The position numbers were made by a program, and so were the translations under genes. 64,000 nt of DNA from Deltaproteobacteria bacterium (GTDB lineage Bacteria > Desulfobacterota > Syntrophia > Syntrophales > Smithellaceae): contig JAPLJP010000026.1 in the NCBI GenBank assembly GCA_026388535.1, positions 1,391 to 65,390 on the forward strand, read 5' to 3'. The notes beneath the pieces are model-generated. The model searched no databases. It saw nothing but the letters and a program-made list of their open reading frames with translations, and was not told the origin of the DNA. Shown here piece after piece: positions 38,830-48,913 of this stretch (its first letter is position 1; each line of letters starts with the position of its first letter).

Positions 38830-39738
38830 ATGTCAGAAATAAGATTTGATGGAAGAGTAGCAATCGTGACCGGAGCGGGAGCGGGTTTGGGTCGTTCCTA
38901 TGCGTTAGATTTTGCCAAAAGAGGCGCCAAGGTAGTCGTCAACGATCTAGGAGGGGCCCGCGACGGTTCCGGAGCCAGCCATAGTGCGGCCGATGTGGTT
39001 GTCAATGAGATCAAGGCGCTGGGCGGCCAAGCCGTTGCCAACTATGATTCCGTGGCAACAGTCGCCGGTGGAGAGAACATCGTCAAGACCGCCGTTGACG
39101 CTTTTGGCAAGGTTGATATATTGATAAACAATGCCGGAATTCTCCGCGATAAAAGTTTTGCTAAGATGACGGAAGATGAGTGGGACCTGCTAATCAGCGT
39201 TCATCTCCGTGGTGCCTACTGCGTGACTAAACCGGCTTTCAACGTGATGCGCGATAATCAATATGGTCGTATCGTCTGCACCACTTCCGGTGCTGGCCTT
39301 TATGGCAATTTCGGCCAGGCCAATTACAGTTCCGCCAAGATGGGGCTGGTTGGACTCATGAACGTCCTGAACATCGAAGGCGCCAAATACAACATCAAGA
39401 CGAATACCATCGCCCCGGTTGCCGCCTCCCGATTGACCGAGGACGTTCTACCGCCTGACCTGTTTAATAAATTGAAACCGGATTATATAATGCCCATAGT
39501 CCTTTTCCTCGCTTCCGAGGCCAATCAAGATTCCGGCATGATCTTCAACTGCGGGGCCGGCTGGTACAGTCGTACGGCTATTGTTTGTGCCAAAGGCGTT
39601 ACCATCGGCGATGGCAAACGGCCGATAAAACCGGAAGAGATCCAGGATAACTGGAGTGTAATCAAGGGGCTGGACGAGGCGAAACCGCTGGGCAGCGTAG
39701 CCGAATCTTTCGAATATATGATGCCGCTTCTCAAATAA
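38830..39738 (+). CDS. SDR, (R)-3-hydroxyacyl-CoA dehydrogenase-like (MFE-2 dehydrogenase type)
   Basis: TGAGAGLG, VVVNDLGG, NNAGILRD, GNFGQANYSSAK. Confidence 0.9.
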   Translation: MSEIRFDGRVAIVTGAGAGLGRSYALDFAKRGAKVVVNDLGGARDGSGASHSAADVVVNEIKALGGQAVANYDSVATVAGGENIVKTAVDAFGKVDILINNAGILRDKSFAKMTEDEWDLLISVHLRGAYCVTKPAFNVMRDNQYGRIVCTTSGAGLYGNFGQANYSSAKMGLVGLMNVLNIEGAKYNIKTNTIAPVAASRLTEDVLPPDLFNKLKPDYIMPIVLFLASEANQDSGMIFNCGAGWYSRTAIVCAKGVTIGDGKRPIKPEEIQDNWSVIKGLDEAKPLGSVAESFEYMMPLLK

Positions 39739-40166
39739 GAAAATCTTTTTGGGGGGGGGGATTTGTAATCTCTCCCCAGGGATGTTTGACGGTATCATAA
39801 AAAACACTTGTTGTGTTATATCGGATGTAGTTAGAAACATTGAAATAATTAAAGATTTTTCGTCAATCTGTTCTTCAAATGGGTATAAATATGGGTAAAG
39901 TGTTGCTGAAAATGAGATAAAGATGCTAAATACTTAATATGTTTGACAGTTTATTCGTCAGGCTAAAAAATAAAATTAAAGTTGTTTCACTACTGTTCCA
40001 ACGTTTTAGATAGATGATGATGTGAAGTAGAGAAAACAATGAGAATAAGCAATGAAAAGTTATATACCTATTTGAAATATCTTTCTTCAGGATGCCATAG
40101 TCTCGCATTAAATTACGAGGATAGATGCAACCGCAACTAAAAAAACTAAAAAAATGGAGGGAAAAA

Positions 40167-41348
40167 ATGAGAAGAGTTAATGTTATTGGTGTTGGTATGA
40201 CAAAATTTACGTCACCCAAGGCTTTGCGTCCATACACGGAAATGGGTAAAGAAGCCCTTGCTGACGCTTTTAAAGATGCAGGTATCGAATATAAAGAAAT
40301 CGAGCAAGCCTATTGCGGTTGGGTGTATGCCGACAGCTGTGCTGGCCAGAAGGTGCTCTATGATATGGGCATGACAGGTATTCCCATTTTCAACGTTAAC
40401 AATAACTGCTCTACCGGATCGAACGCTCTCTTTTTGGCGCGCCAAGCAGTCGGCAGTGGTTTAGTTGAATGCGCCTTAGCGCTCGGTTTCGAGCAGATGA
40501 AGCCGGGGGCACTGGGTATTGTCTTTGATGATCGCCCCATCCCCATGCAAACGTTTTTCGAAAAGACCTTTGAAGTTGTCCCGCCGACACCCGGCGCGGC
40601 TCCGGCGGCCATGCTATTTGGCGGGGCCGGTTTTGAGCATCAAAAGAAATATGGTACCAAGAATGAGACTTTCGCGAAGATTGCCGTCAAGGCGCGCAAA
40701 CATGCCGAGCACAATGAGCGGGCCATCTTCAGGAACCTCGTAACGGTGGAGGAAGTGTTGGCTTCGCCGCCGCAGGCCCCACCCCTGACGCGGCTGCAAT
40801 GTTGCCCACCGACCTGCGGCGCGGCTGCAGCAATTGTTTGTTCTGATAAATTTGCCAAGAAACACAAGATCAGCAAACCGATCTATATCGCGGCGCAATC
40901 CATGATCACGGATTTTGCCGGATCTTTTGAAAACCGAAGCTGCATGAGCATTTGCGGCTATGACATGACGGCCGCCGCGGCCAAGGCCGTATACAATGAG
41001 GCAGGCATCGGACCGGAAGATGTAAATGTGGTCGAGCTGCATGACTGCTTCACCGCTAATGAACTCATCACTTATGAGGGGCTGGGCCTGACCCCGGAAG
41101 GTACCGCAGAAAAATTCATAGAAGACGGTGACAACACTTACGGCGGTAAATATGTGACCAATCCTTCTGGTGGCTTGTTGTCTAAGGGACATCCGCTTGG
41201 CGCTACTGGCCTTGCCCAGTGCTCCGAACTTGTTTGGCAGCTTCGCGGTCAGGCAGGTGTTCGCCAAGTGGAAGGCGCCAAGATCGGTCTCCAGCACAAT
41301 ATCGGCCTTGGCGGAGCCTGTGTAGTAACCATGTACCGCAAGGATTGA
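40167..41348 (+). CDS. SCP-x/lipid-transfer-protein-type thiolase
   Basis: NNNCSTGS, ELHDCF, SKGHPLGATG, QHNIGLGG; GGAGG RBS supports ATG 40167. Confidence 0.9.
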   Translation: MRRVNVIGVGMTKFTSPKALRPYTEMGKEALADAFKDAGIEYKEIEQAYCGWVYADSCAGQKVLYDMGMTGIPIFNVNNNCSTGSNALFLARQAVGSGLVECALALGFEQMKPGALGIVFDDRPIPMQTFFEKTFEVVPPTPGAAPAAMLFGGAGFEHQKKYGTKNETFAKIAVKARKHAEHNERAIFRNLVTVEEVLASPPQAPPLTRLQCCPPTCGAAAAIVCSDKFAKKHKISKPIYIAAQSMITDFAGSFENRSCMSICGYDMTAAAAKAVYNEAGIGPEDVNVVELHDCFTANELITYEGLGLTPEGTAEKFIEDGDNTYGGKYVTNPSGGLLSKGHPLGATGLAQCSELVWQLRGQAGVRQVEGAKIGLQHNIGLGGACVVTMYRKD

Positions 41349-41637
41349 GTAGTAAACTGATTGCTTAAAGAAAGCGGGGGCATAATACCTGTTCTCAAAT
41401 TAGAGGAATATAAATTTTATTTTTTCATAAGATATTTCTTCAGTATAATTGAACTTGGTATCGTTTCCGCAACAACATCCGCAACGCTGACCAGGATGTA
41501 CTGTAAGGCTTTGTGTTGGTATGCGCTTTTATCACTATCAAGACGCTAGGCATCTTGCGCTTGAGCTTATGGCATTGATTGGGCGATAGGTGTAGACTGG
41601 TTCAGCCTGTTACATTTAAAAAAGGGGGGATAAATAA

Positions 41638-42876
41638 ATGTTTCAGCTCAATGAACAACAACAAATGATCCAGGATATGTTTCGCGACTATATGGCCAAA
41701 GAGATTCAACCCAAGGTGGAAGCCATGGAGGACGGCACGATTTCCAGTCTCGAACTCTCCCGTAAACTTTACTCGGTAATCGGAGCGGCCGAGATGATCA
41801 GACCGTCTCTGGAAAAGCTGGCCAAAAAGCGCGAAGCGAATCCGGAAGAACGCATAGAGATGGCCAATGTCGTGTCTGACAGTGCCGGTGCCATGGGCGG
41901 TGATCCCATGATCATGATGATCTTGTTGAAGGAAATAAGCCGGGTGAGCCCCGGCATGGCCATGAGTTTCGGGGTCAGCGTGGGGCTGGCCGGTATGGCA
42001 GTTCTCTCCAAAGGGACCGTCCGTCAGATCCGAGAATATGCCATACCATTAATGACCTTCGAGAAGATCGGTTCGTGGTGCCTGACCGAACCAGGTGCCG
42101 GCTCGGATGCCTTTGGCAGCATGAAGACCAAGGCGATACCAGACGGCAAAGGCGGCTATATCATCAACGGCACCAAAACATTCATCACTAATGCCCCCGA
42201 GGCTGATCTCTTCATCGTGTATGCCAAGCTAGATACGGGGCAACCTCCAGAGGAACGGCCGGTGCATGCCTTTATCCTCGAAAGGGGGATGCCGGGACTT
42301 ACCACGGGTAAACCGTTCCATAAATTGGGCATGCGTGATTCACCTACGTCCGAGGTTTTTATGGATACCGTACGGCTCGAGAAGAAGCACCTTATCGGGG
42401 AAAACGAACAAAAGACCGGCGGAAGGACATCTACCAAGGATAGCCTCGGCAACGAAAGATCGGGTGTACCGCCAATATGCTTAGGAATAATCGAACGCTG
42501 TTATGAGGAAAGTATCAAATATGCCAAAGAGCGCGTTCAATTCGGCCGGCCAATCGGTGAATTTCAAGCAGTACAATTGAAGATTGCCCATATGTATATG
42601 CTGTATAAAAATGTTGAGAATATCGTCTTCAGAACCGCCTGGATGCAGGCCAACGGCATTCGTGATGCCAGTTTCATCAACGCCAGTAAAGCGTATGCCA
42701 GTACCAGCGCTGTCGAAGTAACCAATATTGCTCTTCAAATTTATGGAGGTTATGGGTATATGCAAGAATATCCGATTGAAAAATTATATCGTGATGCTAA
42801 GTTGATGGAATTAGGAGCAGGGACAACTGATATTAACCTATTAACCAGCGCCCGGATTGAATTGGATTTATTTTAA
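41638..42876 (+). CDS. Acyl-CoA dehydrogenase
   Basis: WCLTEPGAGSD, GTKTFITN, QIYGGYGY. Confidence 0.9.
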   Translation: MFQLNEQQQMIQDMFRDYMAKEIQPKVEAMEDGTISSLELSRKLYSVIGAAEMIRPSLEKLAKKREANPEERIEMANVVSDSAGAMGGDPMIMMILLKEISRVSPGMAMSFGVSVGLAGMAVLSKGTVRQIREYAIPLMTFEKIGSWCLTEPGAGSDAFGSMKTKAIPDGKGGYIINGTKTFITNAPEADLFIVYAKLDTGQPPEERPVHAFILERGMPGLTTGKPFHKLGMRDSPTSEVFMDTVRLEKKHLIGENEQKTGGRTSTKDSLGNERSGVPPICLGIIERCYEESIKYAKERVQFGRPIGEFQAVQLKIAHMYMLYKNVENIVFRTAWMQANGIRDASFINASKAYASTSAVEVTNIALQIYGGYGYMQEYPIEKLYRDAKLMELGAGTTDINLLTSARIELDLF

Positions 42877-43120
42877 GGCATACAGAAGAAACGAAAACAA
42901 TGGACTTGAAAGCTGATACATCTATTGTTGGTCAGTGTGGCTTGAAAAATAATTCCGATCATCCGACAAACCTGCAAAGACAGAAGGGTATGGCAAAACC
43001 ATGAATAGCAAAGATTGAAGATTAAGCTGATTGCTTCAGTAACGTCGGGGTCATGATACCTGTTCACAAATTAGCGGGAGTTAAAGAATGTTATGATTAA
43101 ATAAGCAGGGAGGCAACTTC

Positions 43121-44116
43121 ATGAAAAAGGTATTGGTCACGGGAGCCGGTGGCTTCATAGGGTCGCACGTTGTTGAGGAGTTATTAAAGGAAAACATCGA
43201 GGTCAGAGCTCTTATCAGACCGGGTGAATCCCTGACCAATCTGAAAGGGATGGATATTGAAAAGGTCGAAGGCGATGTCCTTGATAGCGGCGCCGTCTTA
43301 AAAGCCATGGCTGGCGTCGATACCGTCTTTCACTTGGCGGCCATCTTTTCCATCTGGATGAAAGACTGGAGCAGGATTTACGAAGTCAACATGCAGGGTA
43401 CACAGAATGTGCTCTGGGCGGCAATGAAATCTAACATTGCCAGAGTCGTCTATACAAGCTCCATAGCCTCCATCGGCATCGCCCCGGGAAAGCAGCTAAG
43501 CGATGAAAAAACGCCTTTCAACCAGTATACCTTGGGAAACCACTACGTCTTGACAAAATACCTCTCTCAGCAGATCGCTCGCGGCTTTGCCACAAACGGT
43601 CTTGATTTGATTATCGTCAATCCCTGCTTTCCCTTCGGGACCAACGACACCGTCCCTACGCCCACGGGGCAGCTCATTGTCGATGTATTGAAGAGCAAAA
43701 ACATGTTTGCTTTTCCCGGCGGCATCAATATCGTGGACGTGAGGGATGTTGCTCGGGGCCATGTTCTGGCCGCCAAGAAGGGCAGAACCGGCGAACTCTA
43801 CATCCTCGGTAACAAGAATGTTACCATGAAGGAATTCATGCAACTGGTCTATCAGGCGGCCGGTTTTACGGTAAGGCCAATCTTCACTTTCCCGGTGCCT
43901 ATGCTGAAAATCGCCGCTTACGTTTTTAAATATTGGGCCGATAACATCGGTCACAAGACACCACTCACCACACCTCCTGAAGTGAGTTACGCCTCCCAGT
44001 ACTTGTTCTTCGATAACTCAAAAACGAAAAATGAACTGGGGCTGACATTCACTCCCATCGAGGAATCGCTACGGGATTCCGTACGCTGGTTCCGCGAAAA
44101 CCGCTATGCTCCATAG
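43121..44116 (+). CDS. Extended SDR (dihydroflavonol reductase/3-beta-HSD/HpnA-like)
   Basis: TGAGGFIG, FHLAA, YTSS, YVLTK, VDVRDVARGH. Confidence 0.85.
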   Translation: MKKVLVTGAGGFIGSHVVEELLKENIEVRALIRPGESLTNLKGMDIEKVEGDVLDSGAVLKAMAGVDTVFHLAAIFSIWMKDWSRIYEVNMQGTQNVLWAAMKSNIARVVYTSSIASIGIAPGKQLSDEKTPFNQYTLGNHYVLTKYLSQQIARGFATNGLDLIIVNPCFPFGTNDTVPTPTGQLIVDVLKSKNMFAFPGGINIVDVRDVARGHVLAAKKGRTGELYILGNKNVTMKEFMQLVYQAAGFTVRPIFTFPVPMLKIAAYVFKYWADNIGHKTPLTTPPEVSYASQYLFFDNSKTKNELGLTFTPIEESLRDSVRWFRENRYAP

Positions 44117-44185
44117 ATAGAAGTAAAAACAGAAAAACCATCGGCAGAAGTAGTTTAGCGACGTTTGATCAAAAAGGGAGGGCCT

Positions 44186-45925
44186 ATGTCAAGAAAGTGT
44201 TTCAGTCTGGTGCTGGCCGATATGGCCAAGTATAATCCAAGAGGAAAGGCAATCATTTACGGCGAGAAAAAAGTTACCTGGAAGGAGTTGAACAACCGGG
44301 TCAACCGCTTTGCCAACGCTTTGAAGTCCTTGGGCATAAAAAAAGGCGATCATGCCATCATTCTTTTTCACGACTGCCCCGAATTCATCGAGGCCAACTA
44401 CGCCCTGCAGAAGATCGGCGCTGTGCCCATCCCCATGAACTTTCGTTTTGTCGCCCGGGAGATTGAATACCAGACCGATCAATCCGATTCGGTGGCCTTC
44501 ATCTGCGAAGACATCTTTATGGAACAGATACAAAAGGCACTGCCCAACTGCAAAAAACTCCAGACGGTGATCTGCGTGAGAAGGGGTATGGCGCCCCTAC
44601 CGGCGGGGATGCTGAACTACGAAGATCTCATGGATAAACATCAGCCTACGGAGCCGCCGCCGGTCACCACGGAGGAAGACATCTGTACTATCTCTTATAC
44701 GGGCGGAACCACGGGAATGCCCAAAGGAGTAGTTTTGACCTACAGAAATTTCTGGAATCTGGCCGGATCCATGTTCGGAGATCTGCTGGGCCGCGTGGCT
44801 GGCGATCCCAAGGCAAACTTCGGCCGGATCATCGGCACGCTGATGCCCATCCCGGGTATGGAAAAGACAATCAATACACTGATCGCCCCTAAAGGCGTCC
44901 GGCCTTTTCTGGCCCGGTCGATTCCCCGCCTCCTCCCCAAAACCTTTGGCACCCCCATGGGGCCTCTGCTCAACCGATTCACGGGTGGATTTTCCATGTT
45001 TCTCAACATGCCCCTTTTTCACATGGCCAATTACCAGGTTTTGATTATTGGCCCCATATCAGGGCTGTCGCGGTTCATCTTGCGACCCGGCATCAGCTTC
45101 GACCCAAAGGAGGCCATGGAGATCATCGCCAAGGAAAGACCCATACTGGTTATGTTCGTCCCCACCCAGTGGAAGAAGGTTCTGGACTACCCCGACCTGC
45201 AAAAGTTCAACAGAAAGTCTGTGCTAGTGGCCATGACCGGTTCGGGCGTCAATCCCGCCCAGCAGAAGAAGAGGATTCTCAAAGAATTTCCCAACGCCCT
45301 GGTGGCTGACGTCTTCGGTCAGACGGAGATGACTCCCGACACGAGCATCCGCTTGGATGCTTCCGAAGAAAGCCTAAAGGATCGCTGTGTGGGAAAACCC
45401 CTGGCCGGCGTCGAAATCAGAATCGTTGATGAAAGGGGGAAAGATGCCGCACCCGGAGAAGCGGGTGAGATCCTTTACCGTAGCGGCACCATCATGAAGG
45501 AGTACTATGGCGACCGGGAAAAGACTGCGGAAGTGATCAAGGACGGCTGGTTCCATTCCGGCGATCTGGGTTATCTGGACAAGGACGGGGAGATTATTGT
45601 CGTAGACCGGATGAAGGAGACGATTTCCACGGGTGGTGAGAAGGTCTATCCCCATGAGGTGGAGGAGATTCTGGAGTCCCACACCAAGGTGGAACACGCC
45701 TGCGTGATCGGCGTTCCCGACGAGACATGGGGAAGTACCGTTCGGGCAATCATAGTTCCTTATGAAGGAGAACAGTTAACACAAGAGGAGATCATTGATT
45801 GGTGCCGTGACAAGATGACCGGCTTCAAGAGGCCCAAGTCCGTGATCATCGTCGATGCCCTGCCCTTAAGCCCTGTGGGAAAGGTGATGCGGGCCCAGGT
45901 GAAAGAGAAGTACGGCCGTCCTTGA
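44186..45925 (+). CDS. Acyl-CoA synthetase (ANL superfamily) with internal amphipathic insertion
   Basis: YTGGTTGMPKG, FGQTE, FHSGDLG, GGEKVYP, VGKV; GGAGG RBS supports ATG 44186. Confidence 0.88.
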   Translation: MSRKCFSLVLADMAKYNPRGKAIIYGEKKVTWKELNNRVNRFANALKSLGIKKGDHAIILFHDCPEFIEANYALQKIGAVPIPMNFRFVAREIEYQTDQSDSVAFICEDIFMEQIQKALPNCKKLQTVICVRRGMAPLPAGMLNYEDLMDKHQPTEPPPVTTEEDICTISYTGGTTGMPKGVVLTYRNFWNLAGSMFGDLLGRVAGDPKANFGRIIGTLMPIPGMEKTINTLIAPKGVRPFLARSIPRLLPKTFGTPMGPLLNRFTGGFSMFLNMPLFHMANYQVLIIGPISGLSRFILRPGISFDPKEAMEIIAKERPILVMFVPTQWKKVLDYPDLQKFNRKSVLVAMTGSGVNPAQQKKRILKEFPNALVADVFGQTEMTPDTSIRLDASEESLKDRCVGKPLAGVEIRIVDERGKDAAPGEAGEILYRSGTIMKEYYGDREKTAEVIKDGWFHSGDLGYLDKDGEIIVVDRMKETISTGGEKVYPHEVEEILESHTKVEHACVIGVPDETWGSTVRAIIVPYEGEQLTQEEIIDWCRDKMTGFKRPKSVIIVDALPLSPVGKVMRAQVKEKYGRP

Positions 45926-45963
45926 AATAGATAAAGACGAATGATGAAAATTGCATTTGCAGT

Positions 45964-46101
45964 AATCACGGGTATAAACCCCAACGCAAGCTTTGGAAAC
46001 AAAGTCGAAAGCTCGCTGCGGGGTATTACACCCTCCGCTTTGCGGGATTGTTCGACTTACAAATTTCAATTCACTTCGTTTTTGAAATTTGAGTCTCACA
46101 A
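45964..46101. repeat. Family P copy (45964-46028) joined to a minus-strand family H copy (46031-46101)
   Basis: AATCACGGGTATAAACCCC...GGGTATTA-CACCCTCCGCTTTGCGGGAT-TGTTCGACTTACAAATTTCAA..TTGAAATTTGAGTCTCACAA. Confidence 0.8.
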
Positions 46102-46125
46102 TAAACAATAAAAGGGGAAACACAA

Positions 46126-47976
46126 ATGGCAGACAAGAACAAAAGTTTTGTAAATCTGATGAAGGCCCTTCCCAAGCTTGCCATCATGGAACAGACTCGG
46201 GGGCTTTTGAGAAGCATTGTCACCCAATGGGGGACGAAAAATGCGCTGCGGATCGTATCACGCACCATCAAGAGGATGGGGATGGCGGCGGCCCTGAAAG
46301 GGTTACTCAACTTCCGTCTGGAGAAATTCATGCCCAACCTTTTGATCTCCCAGTGGGATGTCTTGGGAGATCGGGAGGCAATCATCGCGGGAGACAAGAG
46401 AATCACCTTCCGGCATTTTAAGGACAGGGTCTTTCGGCTGGCCAACGGCCTCCAGGGGCTGGGTTTGAAACCGAAAGATAAGTTCGCCGAACTTCTCCAC
46501 AACGGCAGCGAATTTTTCGAGGCTTTCTTCGCCGGTTCGTTCATCGGCTGTCCCATGCCCTTCTTGAACTGGCACATGCACGGAAACGAACTGGCGGAGG
46601 CGATCAATAGGGGCGCCCCTAAACTTCTCATCTTCGACGAGGAATTTACTGATGAAATCCTCGCCATTAAAGACAAGCTCACTACCATCCGCCATTTTGT
46701 CGTTGTTGGTAGCAAGGCGCCAGAGGGTATGATCCGCTATGAGGATCTGATCGCTCGCTCGCTCAACCACGAACCGGATATCCATTTCATCATAGCGCTA
46801 AATCCTTATACCGGCGGGACTACGGGCACGCCCAAGAATGTCAACTTCTTCGACTCCATCGGCTATGCTTTTAGCGAACTGTCGGAGGCGCCCCAGGTTT
46901 CTCTTGGTGAGTATCTACGCTACATGGTCCTTCAGTTCAGTTTCCTATACTGGTATGGCGGCACCACGATCAAGGACCCTATCAGCCAAAACATGCGTTG
47001 CCTGCTGCCTGGTCCCCTCTACCATGCGGGAACCATTTCCGGTTGGGCGCCTTTCCTTCTTTTGGGTGGAACGGCTATCCCAGTCAGGGGTTTCGATCCG
47101 GAGGAATTTTTACAGATCATAGAGAAAGAGCGAGTCAACTGGGTATTTGTTGTACCCACCATGCTCCAACGTATTCTCGATCTGCCCCCCGAAGTGAGGA
47201 AGAAATACAATCTCGGTTCCATGCACTCGCTGATCTGCGCGGCAGCTCCGGCCACTCCCGAGTTGAAACAGGCGATCAACAAGTACTTCCGCGAACAGGG
47301 TTGCAAGAAAAACATCTTCATGGAATTCTACGGTTCGTCGGAGACGGCCGTGACCTCGGTGCTCCTGCCGGGGGACTACGAGGGAAATCCACAGCGCTAT
47401 GCCAGCGTCGGCAAGATCAGGTGCGCGGAAACGAAGGTTTTTGACAAGGAAAGTTTCCGTTGGTGCGCTCCCGGCGCCGAGGGGAGCATCATGACGCGAA
47501 GCCTCACGACAATCAGCCTCAAGTATGCCGGTTCACCGGAAAAATTGGACTCCACCTTCGAAAACATAGAGGGGCGAAAATGGTTCGACGACGGGCTTCA
47601 GGGCTACATGGACAAGGATGGATTTTTATACCTGACCGGACGTCTCAAGGAAATGATCATCACCAGTGGTGTCAACATTTTCCCCTTGGAGATCGAATCC
47701 ACCATTATTCGGCATCCCAAGGTGTTGGATGTGGGGGTCGTCCGCTATCCGGACAAGGAACTGGGTGAAGTCCCGGCCGCCGTGATCCAATTAAGAGCGG
47801 GGGAGGAATCCACACCCGAAGAGATCTGCAGCTTCTGCCGGAAAGAGGGCCTTATGGGGATGAAGATTCCCAGGGTGGTGGAATTCGTAAAAGAGCTTCC
47901 CCGGCACATCGACGGGAAACTAATAAAAAGAGAGTTGGAGGACAAATACTGGAAGGGCATAGAAAAGAGAGGATAA
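46126..47976 (+). CDS. Divergent acyl-CoA synthetase-like ANL protein
   Basis: YTGGTTGTPK, FYGSSE, GRLKEMIITSGVNIFP, DGKL; GD motif altered to DDGLQG. Confidence 0.85.
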   Translation: MADKNKSFVNLMKALPKLAIMEQTRGLLRSIVTQWGTKNALRIVSRTIKRMGMAAALKGLLNFRLEKFMPNLLISQWDVLGDREAIIAGDKRITFRHFKDRVFRLANGLQGLGLKPKDKFAELLHNGSEFFEAFFAGSFIGCPMPFLNWHMHGNELAEAINRGAPKLLIFDEEFTDEILAIKDKLTTIRHFVVVGSKAPEGMIRYEDLIARSLNHEPDIHFIIALNPYTGGTTGTPKNVNFFDSIGYAFSELSEAPQVSLGEYLRYMVLQFSFLYWYGGTTIKDPISQNMRCLLPGPLYHAGTISGWAPFLLLGGTAIPVRGFDPEEFLQIIEKERVNWVFVVPTMLQRILDLPPEVRKKYNLGSMHSLICAAAPATPELKQAINKYFREQGCKKNIFMEFYGSSETAVTSVLLPGDYEGNPQRYASVGKIRCAETKVFDKESFRWCAPGAEGSIMTRSLTTISLKYAGSPEKLDSTFENIEGRKWFDDGLQGYMDKDGFLYLTGRLKEMIITSGVNIFPLEIESTIIRHPKVLDVGVVRYPDKELGEVPAAVIQLRAGEESTPEEICSFCRKEGLMGMKIPRVVEFVKELPRHIDGKLIKRELEDKYWKGIEKRG

Positions 47977-47988
47977 GGAGGTTAGAGC

Positions 47989-48789
47989 ATGATGGAGTTC
48001 AAGACGATAACCTTTAAAGAAGTAGAACCAGGCATTGGATTGATTAGTTTTAACCGACCCGCGCAACTAAACGCCATTAACGTGGCAATGCTGGCGGAGT
48101 TCGCGGAGCTCTTTGACTATCTTGCCCAAAACGATGCTGTAAGGGTTGTCATCATCACCGGGGAAGGACGGGGATTCTGCGCCGGGGCCGATCTAAGCGA
48201 TGCGATCAATTTCAAAGACACGGAGGCATTCTCCGGTCCGGAAGCGTTTCTCCGCATGGCCCAGGAACGATACTCAGCCATGATCCTCGGCCTGAGAAAG
48301 ATTCCTCAGCCCATCATCTCCGCCGTAAACGGACCTGCGGCGGGCGGTGGCTTTGCTGTCGCCCTGGCCTCGGATCTGCGCCTGGCTTCCCCTGAAGCCT
48401 ACTTCGTGGCCTCCTTCATAAATATCGGCCTCTCAGGCGGAGAACTGGGTTGTTCCTATTTTCTTCCCCGCCTGGTGGGCCTTTCCCATGCCGCCGATAT
48501 CCTCTACACTGGCCGCAAGGTTAAAGCGAACGAAGCGGAAAGGATCGGCCTGGTCAGCCGAGTGGTGCCCAGAGAAGAGCTTATGGAAACCGCCCTCTCC
48601 TATGCGCACATCATGCTGGGGAAAAGTGCCGGAGGTCTCCGACTGACCAAGCGAATCCTGGATCAGAATATCGATGCTCCCTCGCTGGAGGCGGCCGTCA
48701 ACCTGGAGAACAGAAACCAATCGATCATGGTTTTCTCCGGTGAATTCTTCAAACTCATCGAACCGTTTTTTAAAGGCGGTAAAAGGTAA
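47989..48789 (+). CDS. Enoyl-CoA hydratase/isomerase (crotonase)
   Basis: NRPAQLNA, FCAGADL, AVNGPAAGGG, AERIGLV. Confidence 0.9.
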   Translation: MMEFKTITFKEVEPGIGLISFNRPAQLNAINVAMLAEFAELFDYLAQNDAVRVVIITGEGRGFCAGADLSDAINFKDTEAFSGPEAFLRMAQERYSAMILGLRKIPQPIISAVNGPAAGGGFAVALASDLRLASPEAYFVASFINIGLSGGELGCSYFLPRLVGLSHAADILYTGRKVKANEAERIGLVSRVVPREELMETALSYAHIMLGKSAGGLRLTKRILDQNIDAPSLEAAVNLENRNQSIMVFSGEFFKLIEPFFKGGKR

Positions 48790-48913
48790 ACTTTAAAAGT
48801 TCTTTAGCGGAAAAAAAGTTAATGACAAAATCTCTCCCACCCTTTAATATCAATTTTCAACGGATTGGAGGCAGGAGGGATTTTTTAGATGAGGCAGGAG
48901 AAAGAGTGCACCC

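Noticed and set aside
41349-41637. Possible gene relics in island spacers (also 39740-40120 and 42877-43120)
   Set aside because: No recognisable protein motifs in the frames I translated by eye; BLASTX would be needed
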